A DNA stretch of 53,867 nt, from positions 1 to 53,867 of the forward strand of contig FLMG01003614.1 in assembly GCA_900088475.1 (NCBI GenBank), given 5' to 3'. The notes under the pieces are model-generated. The model saw nothing but the letters and a program-made list of their open reading frames with translations, was not told the origin of the DNA and searched no databases. The translations under genes were made by a program, and so were the position numbers. Origin of the DNA: Hyphochytrium catenoides. Lineage: Eukaryota; Protista; Hyphochytriomycota. Each line of letters starts with the position of its first letter. The stretch's first letter is position 1. Shown here in pieces: positions 46,071-53,867 of this stretch.

Positions 46071-49000
46071 TTAAATAATAATGCTTTTAGTCAAGGCTAT
46101 TCCCAATAATGGGCTGCTAAGTTCATATTTTTGGCCAGGAAATCTGAAGATTCTGTCAGTTTCAGAAGTTCCTGTCTGTCTTGCTGAGGACAGAGTGCCG
46201 CGCACCTCCTTCTCCGCTGCCGCAGATGCGCGTGAGGACTTACCTTCTGTCCTCATCGAAGGCCTTGAGGAGAGCTTGGACAGCCGTGAAAGCTGTTTGT
46301 GCTCTTTCATACTCGACCATTAGCTTCTCTGAGGTCTGGAGAAGCAGTTGGCACAATCTCTCTGCCTCCTCGCCAGCTGTTAGGCCTTCCAAACGGCGTG
46401 ATGGCTTTCCTGAGCATTGGATGGCCACATTGGCAGTCTGTTGGGCGGAAGTCAACTGTTCTTGTAAATCTTGAAGAATAGTGTAGAACTGGCTTAGACT
46501 GTTTCTTCCTCTGACATCCTCCGCATCAGCCTGAGTGATAATATTGTGCAAAGCATGAATGACATCCGCCCGCTTCTCTATGACTGCCTCACTCACTGCC
46601 ATCGTCATGCCTAGGTCTTCATCTTCCTCTACATGTGGCTTCCGCGCCAGGTTAGTGGCGATCTTTTGTTGAGATGCAGCGTGGGGGGCTTCCGCCCCCA
46701 TCTGCTCGTCAACACTTCCCGTTGCAGCTGCTTGTTGCTGCAACAGGGCCTCTCGGCGGCTTGAAGCCGCTCTGAACTCATCTTCAGCGACCTTCTTTCT
46801 CATGATTAAGGTCTCCAATGCACGGGTGCTAGCGGCAGCACTTACTTGGCACTCCAGACGAAGCTTCGCTACATTTTCTGACACTGTGGTGCATTTTTCC
46901 AAAAGTCTCCCGCAGCGTTGTCCGCACTTTCGCCGCTGCTCACGCTTTTCCATCACTACGCGCCGCAAGAACCGACTTGAAACGTGAATAGCCCAAATCT
47001 CTACTGTTTGCGGCTGGGAAATGATCCGCAATAGTGAAGGGAATTTCCATAGAGTGACAGACGTACCATAGGAGGATGTGAAGAGGTATGCGCTCCACTC
47101 CTCTCGGGCAGAAGCGACAGAAGTAATTGCCGCTCGAGAGTCAGCTTGCTTCTTCTTTGTCTGTGAGAGCTTCAGTGGCTTGCACCATTGAAGACTGGTT
47201 ACGTGTTCGTTGTGCGCAGTCAGAACCTCATGCCGTTTCTCCATGTAATGACAATCCCAGAGCTTGACAGAACCATCATCTCCCCCGGACAAGAGAAGCG
47301 GGTACTCCAAAGCGCCCTTGAGGCTTTCTAAGTCATGCTTGAAAGATGTTAAACGGGATACCCTCCCTATGTGAGCCTCACGGAAGCGGTGCAAGAGCCT
47401 ATAAGAGAGTTTCGAGCCCCATTCTGTCGTCTCAGTACGGTGGGGCTGAGGCGGCCCCGGGCCGCGAAAGCGACATTCACGCTCATCTATTACCGAGTAG
47501 AGAATAATGTCTGAACTTCTGGGTGTTGACTGCTGTGAAACTGCGAGGCTGAGCCTTTTCCGGAAGCCATCATACAGAGGTGATAGGCAAGCTGAAGGGG
47601 AATGCAAAGTAATCGTAAGGAGGCGCTGGAGAGTGCAAGGGCCATAGGCTGGGCAACTGACGGTATAGATGCCCACAAGATGCTGCTTTTCGGTTAAAGA
47701 GAGGAAGAGAAGAGGCGGCAAGTGGTCAATTGGGTCCAGGGACTTGCATGCTTCAACCCGACACTGCAAATCCACCGCCAGACGGAGGCGTAGCGACTTT
47801 AACGTCAAGCCGCCTACAGTCTGGACTATCCGACCGTCCCTCGTCTCGATCCTCTCCTTGCGGCAGGACTCCCACTTCCACATCCGCAACTGGCCACCCC
47901 CGCTGCAAGCTACCAAGAAGCTCCCTCTCGTATACCCTGGTAGGATCGTTGCACTTAGCTTCCCTAGTAACTTGAAGGTTAGACTCGTTGTAACGTTCTC
48001 GACCGCACCTACACCACCTACAGCTTGTATGCCGTAGTGCTTGACAAGAGAGTAACTGGTTTTACCGAACTGCTCCTCGACCTGTAAGTCATAGCAGGAC
48101 AAAACGCCGTCTCCATAGCCTACAATCAATACAGAATCCAGCCAGAAGCACGATGTAGGTACCGCTCTGGCCCGCTTGCCATCGTTTACTCCTGAAGGTT
48201 TGGAATTGCAGACCTTAGCAGGGAGGGATTCCGGGGCATTGGCAAGAGAAGGCTCTTTGTCTTCGGTGGAGGCGTGTGCAAGCCTAGAAGACTTTTCAAT
48301 GCTCCAGACCTCCACGCCACGAGAAGTGCAAAGGCTAAGATACGTTCCTAAAGGGCAAACCGCGCCGCAAAGGACTTTGCGTGATGTTTGGAAAGATGCC
48401 AGGCTTGTCATCTGTGGTTTGTCTGTGCCAGATGAGGAGATTCAGAGTGGCATAAGAGAGAGATACTACTCCTACTCAGAGCTAACAGTGCAGAGTTCAT
48501 AAAGGAAGCTGGCCAGAAATGAGAACTTGGAAGAAATTGATCACAGCCCATAAAGGGAACTGGGGAAACCCTCAGCCGTGCGGGCAAGCAGATAAAGAGG
48601 AGATGAGAATTGTTGGGCTTCTTGTCAATGCAATGCTGCTTGTTTGAGGGCCAGTAGCTCGACAGCCATATCTTTTTGTATCTACTTACATAGTTCGATC
48701 TTGGCAGGAGAGCTGCTTACTTTCCCATTGCTATTCTCTAAGACGCACTGGTATACTCCAGCTTGTCTGGGCTCTAGCCTCTTGATCAAAAGATGACTTG
48801 ACGAGCGCTTAGAGACCGAAAGTACAGTTCGCCCGTCTTGAATCCATTGGAACCTTGCTACCCGCTTGCCGCCGCACCATAAACCGACGCGCTCTCCGTA
48901 CCAGCAGAGCCGTGCTTGAGGGTGTATCCTGACTTCGGGAAGAAGAGTGCGAACTGCTTTCCAAAGAGGAGTAGATGTTAGGCTCTTGTCAAGAGTTTTG

Positions 49001-49970
49001 CAGACTTCAGGAACGACGAGGCTATACCGGCTCCTGAGACGACTTGGGGTTGACTCGCTACGTGCTGGATTTGGGCCTCTTTTTTCCCCTGATTATCCAA
49101 AGCATCTATCCTTTCCTTCAGGTTGGCGGCACTATCAGCCTTAACAGAGCGAAGCGCTGCCAGCATCTCGGCTACGAAGGAATAAAAGATGGAATGAGCT
49201 TCGCCTTCACCCCAGAGCGCTTTCCGTAGCACGAACCTGTAACGGACGGAGCTTTTCGGCATAAAACGAGGTGGATGCTACGAAAGCTCCAAGCTGTAGT
49301 TATGTCCAGAGGCACAAAAGTGCAGGCGTACTCCAAGCACTCACGGAGACCTAGCGTTTAGCAATGAGACAATACTCTTGGGATCGGACATCCAAGAAAG
49401 AACGTACCCGCAATCGAGTCATCAAAGCCAAACCTAGCGCCGATGGGCTGCAAGGCGTCAACCATTAGCGGCATAACCTTCTGTACAGACATGTCAAAGG
49501 GCGGTCGAGGCTTAGCGTTATCGAGATAGTAGGAGTCATACCTGGAGGAGTTGCTCCGGTGAACTGCCAGCTAAGCCACCAGGAATGAATGAATCAGTTT
49601 GGACTCGACTAAGACTCTATGCCAATAGCATATTTTACCTTTCTCTGTCTCTTCCTCAATCGTTTGGCTAAGTGGACCATGCAAAACTGCTCCTTGCATC
49701 TCTTTGAGCATATCTGGAGAGTGATTTGCCATACGTTAAGAGCGCACAAGAGTTTGGGACGGGTAGGGAAATCATCTCAGAGTTTCTATACCTTGGACTT
49801 GGTTGAGAGTCAAAGTGACCATCTTGTCTCAGGCGACCAAGCTTCTCTTGCTTGTTAGGTAACGCTCCCTGCCACTTGTGGGCCGTTGTCTTAAGCTTTC
49901 CTACCTCGGATAGTGCTACTTGGGACCTCTCAACGATGCTCCATCTCTCCTCGACTGCTCCAATCTGCAA
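46071..49970 (-). CDS. Multidomain protein: unknown N-terminus + Ig I-set-like domain + WD40 propeller + coiled coil
   Basis: Exon 48690-48953 encodes an Ig-like domain and splices in frame to the large WD40 exon starting at 48422 (LLSGGDDGSVKLWD, AHNEHVTSLQW, SVTLWK). A terminal intron follows FDEDR and leads to a stop at 46071. The true start lies at or upstream of about 49970 and is unresolved. Confidence 0.7.
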
Positions 49971-50334
49971 TGATCAGAGTTATCGATGATGAGTGGCAGC
50001 TTCTGTATGCCGCCGCCGACGGCAGCACTTGACAACATGCCATAAACAGCACCTTTCCCTTCCCCTAGCTAGTTCTATCTGTCGACCTACTGCACCATGC
50101 TTCTCATTCTCTTCTGAAGCTCACTAGCTAGATCTCTGGCGCTAAACAAGGCCTTGTGGCAGGAGCCCAAGGCTGAACACTGCTTGACCTGGACCTCATC
50201 ATCCTTCTAGCCATCTTCGCTCTCTGGTCGAGTCGAGTCCGTCCTCCGCTGACACATCAAGCCATGACCTTTGAGTTGGGACAAACGACCTGTGCTATAT
50301 TACCTACTAATCACCATCGGATTCCAACAACACA

Positions 50335-50406
50335 TCCTCGTTAGTATAGTGGTTAGTATACCCGCCTGTCACGCGGGTGACCCGGGTTCAATTCCCGGAC
50401 GGGGAG
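50335..50406 (+). tRNA. trnD-GUC: tRNA-Asp (anticodon GTC)
   Basis: Acceptor stem TCCTCGT/ACGGGGA, anticodon arm CCCGC-CT-GTC-AC-GCGGG, T-loop GTTCAAT, oligo-T terminator downstream. Confidence 0.97.
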
Positions 50407-50732
50407 AAACTTTTGCTGTAGTTTTTGAGGATTGGTAGCTGCTAACGCCTAGTTGAAGGTGAAAGGAAGAGCGAATCGAAGCATTGGTTGAAGCTTCAAA
50501 GCAGCCGGTAGAGAGCAGGCAGAGGGAGATATCGCAGATCGCTTCTCTTCGACCTCTATCTTCCGGGCTTCTACTCTCTAGATCATTCCCATCGCTCCCG
50601 TGGTGCTGGACGAGTTATAGGCCGCGATAACCGCATCTATTTGCATCTTCTGTCTATATTGATAGACGGACAGGCACTTGGTACTCTTCGACCCTACATC
50701 ATTAGATCATACTACCAACGATACCGGAGAAG

Positions 50733-51512
50733 ATGACTTCCGTGGGTAACATCATCCGCACTTTACTTGGCTTGTACATTGTACTGGCAGAGACCAGTCT
50801 AAGGTGCGCCTCTTTGCAGGAGGCCAACGCAACCAAAGGTGGACACTTCTGCAAGCTTACTCTAACTTTGCAACAACTCGTGTTTTTGCTTCCTTAACCC
50901 TGATATGTTAGAAGTTCTTCTACCGCACTCTCCTCGATCCTACGGACGCCTCCTACCTCCTCTTACGCTCACTTTCTTCCCTGACCATGCTATTTATTGG
51001 CAAGGCATTTCCTTCTGCCTTGTTGAGATCCTTTCAAGTTACATCTCCAATCGCACGGCTAAAGCCCTGTAGTTGACGACTTTCTTCCCGCAGAAGTGTA
51101 CTATGTTTGTAATGCTGGCGACGACAGAGTGAATGGGCGATACTATCTTCCCTCTAGCCGGAGACCGGATGGGCTCCTTTACTATGCCAGAGATGACTCG
51201 GATGATAACGAGGACGATACGACGGTTATTCGCCTCTTCCGACACCATGGTCAATGGATGTTTGGGAATTTCGAGGATTGGCCACCTCAGACCCTCTACC
51301 GTTGTGACCCGTTTGTCGCTGAAGGAGCTTTTGCGGAGGCTTGCAAGGGAAATAGCGAGACCCCGTCCCTCAGTGGCTATACACCTGCAAATCCTGACGT
51401 CGCACTTCCCGGCCCTGTGCTCTCAGCAGCACCCTGTGCCTTCCAAACGATGCAGGGGAACCAAAGCTCTCAATCTTCCAATAGCAGGCCGGATCGCGGT
51501 GAGGAACTCTGA
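50733..51512 (+). CDS. Small secretory-pathway protein with C-terminal -GEEL (ER-retention-like), 2 exons
   Basis: Signal-peptide-like MTSVGNIIRTLLGLYIVLA..., spliced in frame (phase 1) to EVYYVCNAGDDRVNGRYY...GQWMFG...TLY...RGEEL*. Confidence 0.6.
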
Positions 51513-51757
51513 CATCCAAAGGCAGAAGAGAAAAGGATCCAAAGCTTTAGAGCGGAAGAAGGTCCAATAAATACTCATTCATTAACTCTAGACATGTTAG
51601 CACTAAAAATAGATAGTGAGAGCGAGAGCAGATGGGCTAATCGTTATCCCAGCTACGATACACAGAATCAACCGTCAGAAAGCAAGTATCTGAAAGGGAC
51701 GACCTCCCAAAAACGAAGCGCTCCCTTCTTAGTCCCATTCTGAGGTTTTATGCTCCG

Positions 51758-53245
51758 CTACGTCTTCCAGAGCTTGTTCAGCATGTGGATGCAAGCTTGA
51801 TTGTCCGTCACCCACATCACAAACTTCGCAACTTGCTTCGGGGTCAAAATTTCCTGCAATACGTCCATTTGCATCTGGAGTAGCTGGTTCTTCTCTTCTA
51901 TTGACTTTCTCAGCTCTTTAGCCAGGTGCATTGTGTCTCCAATCTTACTACTCAGCCGCCTAAAGTCGTCTCTCATTTGAAGAATCCTCTCCTTCTGCTG
52001 CGGAGTGACGTCCAGATCATGATTCAGAATTTTCCACAGGCTTCCATCTCCCTCTTCATCTTCACTATTCGAAGCCACGTCTCTGTAAAAGTCATCGTCC
52101 TGTTGCAAGGTCCATATGGTCATCTTCGAAACCTGAGTGGGTACTAACAGCTTCTGGAGCCGATCCAACTGGTGCATTGTGGACTGAGTGCGATCTCGAC
52201 CATAGTCAGCGTACCGTGCTGTGTATTGCGCCATACAGTGCCGGATATCTTCCGCGCTTCCATTATGCACCAAATCACGGAGAATGTCTGTAAACTTGTT
52301 TCTCTCTTTGTCCTCCTTGGATCGAACTTCTTTCCCTGACCGCAACTTTAGACGCAGGTCTGAATTCTCTTCTTCTAGCTGCTGAAGGCGAGCTTGAAGT
52401 TGGGCAATGTGCTCCTTCTTCCTTCTCCGACACTCTCGAGCGGACTCTCTGTTTTTCTCTTGCCGTTTCCTTTTTAAATGCTTAGTTGCCCGTCCGTTAC
52501 TATTGCCCGATGTCTCCTCAGCCACATTGGCCCCATGTCCCTGTGTGGCAGTTAAGGCAGGGCTTGGGGCTGCTTGCGGTGTAGGTGGGTGGAGAATCGG
52601 GGTAGGATGGAGGTTAAACTGGGGCGACAGTAAGCCAGGAGCTACCCAGCGATAGCCTGGAACAGAGTAGGGTGGAGCAGGCATGATAGGTGGGGGCCCT
52701 GAGGTAGGTGTAAGGGGTAGAGAGGGCTGCAGGGGAGGCTTATTGCCATTATTCTGTCTATCCGTGGAGGATGAAGAAGAGCGGGACGACCTTTTCGTAG
52801 CTTTGCTGTTCTTCTTTGAGGTTGCCTTTGCTGGCGCTTTGGCACCACTTTGCGCATTGCTCAATTCTGGCGGTACCACCGTAGATCCGATTCCGGTCTC
52901 TGCAACATCCTTAGGCAACGATTCCTTCTCCCCTTGCGTCCCTGAATGGGCCGCCTCCGGTATTGGTCTGGACTCAGTGGTCACGTTGCGTTTTTGGCTA
53001 GATTGCACTATCGTGTCCAAATCCCCAGCCTGGGGAGCAAGCTCAGGGGTATCCTCCACCATGGAAGTGCTTAAGGCCTCTAAGCTTGGAGTAGCAAGAT
53101 CAGTAAAGCCGTCGAGACCGTGGTCAAGGTGCAATGTGGCGGCGTGAATATCAAGAGGCCCGCTGCCAGGACTCCCATGACTACGACCGTGATCCCTCAA
53201 AAGCCATTGCAGTATCTCCTCGGGCTCATCCTGCGTGCGAGCCAT
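51758..53245 (-). CDS. bZIP transcription factor with C-terminal DOG1/TGA-like helical domain
   Basis: Basic region KRQEKNRESARECRRRKK with a leucine zipper, then LQEILTPKQVAKFVMWV. Single exon; start taken at ATG 53245 (MARTQDE). Confidence 0.88.
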   Translation of the reverse strand: MARTQDEPEEILQWLLRDHGRSHGSPGSGPLDIHAATLHLDHGLDGFTDLATPSLEALSTSMVEDTPELAPQAGDLDTIVQSSQKRNVTTESRPIPEAAHSGTQGEKESLPKDVAETGIGSTVVPPELSNAQSGAKAPAKATSKKNSKATKRSSRSSSSSTDRQNNGNKPPLQPSLPLTPTSGPPPIMPAPPYSVPGYRWVAPGLLSPQFNLHPTPILHPPTPQAAPSPALTATQGHGANVAEETSGNSNGRATKHLKRKRQEKNRESARECRRRKKEHIAQLQARLQQLEEENSDLRLKLRSGKEVRSKEDKERNKFTDILRDLVHNGSAEDIRHCMAQYTARYADYGRDRTQSTMHQLDRLQKLLVPTQVSKMTIWTLQQDDDFYRDVASNSEDEEGDGSLWKILNHDLDVTPQQKERILQMRDDFRRLSSKIGDTMHLAKELRKSIEEKNQLLQMQMDVLQEILTPKQVAKFVMWVTDNQACIHMLNKLWKT

Positions 53246-53867
53246 GGGCGCGTTCACCACTTTCGTGCCACTGATGTAGGTTGTGAGAAGAACAACCGAC
53301 CGAGGCGACGGGGGCAAATGGCCCCAAGCAGAAGCAAACGTTGCAGGAATCGATCTCTCACGTCGCAGTTTGGCACATATTTTTCAGATGTAGCAACACC
53401 TCTTGGAAGGCAACTTATGACAGAACCCGTAGCAAGACTTCTTTACACCTATAATAGGAAGCCTCAAGCTGGGATCACCGTCATCCTCAACCGACTCATG
53501 ACAAGAAGGCCAATGCACGAGAAAAGCCAATGTCGTTTGACACAATAGCGGCGCCGTCTGTCTCTTTCTAATTCAAGTAAGAACAGCTTCTTCTACAACT
53601 GCAAATTGCGGATGAATTACGGTCTGCGAGACCAGACAATGAAAGACGGAAAGACTCAGGGACCCAACCTCAACAACACGCCCTAAATAATTGGTCTAAC
53701 AGACTTCTTGCAAGGAATTACGGATAGAGTGAAGCCTGTTGACACTTATTTTCTCTAGAGCTGTGACTCATCCAGAATACAGTGTTCCATACGTAAATTA
53801 TTTGGGGTCAACCTCACAACCGTGAAAAATCGACTTTCGATGGCAATTTTGACGCCACGTAAGTGAT

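Noticed and set aside
48954-49090. Possible -1 ribosomal frameshift at GGGGAAAAAAG joining the upstream ORF to the Ig frame
   Set aside because: A conventional GT-AG intron with a CTAAC branch point explains the frame change, and the heptamer is not in canonical slippery phase.

Overview
Gene-dense (about 50% GC) nuclear DNA of a eukaryote with short spliceosomal introns (mostly GT-AG, often with a CTAAC/CTGAC branch point). A flagellated protist or alga, possibly a stramenopile, is likely from gene content, but that is inference only. No prokaryotic operons, CRISPR arrays or intact transposons were seen. I hand-spliced about 18 protein genes: atypical two-domain E2F, peroxisomal D-amino-acid oxidase, Gemin7, a stand-alone voltage-sensor-like protein, an aldo-keto reductase, a coiled-coil protein, an F-box/helical-repeat protein, a GT61 glycosyltransferase, mitochondrial GatB, a 4-TM protein, a LEKR1-like protein, a UAA-family nucleotide-sugar transporter, a 7TM-RGS, a CUE/UBA + tegument-like deubiquitinase, a CCCH-DEDDh exonuclease, an alpha/beta hydrolase, an Ig-WD40-coiled-coil protein, a small ER-type protein and a bZIP factor. 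There are two tRNAs (Glu-TTC, Asp-GTC) and a 7 kb CT/GA microsatellite island with three assembly gaps. The most notable observations are: an immunoglobulin I-set-like exon, missing from the ORF track, spliced in frame to a WD40 propeller; a herpes-tegument-like DUB with a ubiquitin-binding domain; a 7TM-RGS lacking the canonical GAP residues; and a cluster of E2F sites upstream of the atypical E2F gene. All exon boundaries were inferred by eye and no database searches were run.
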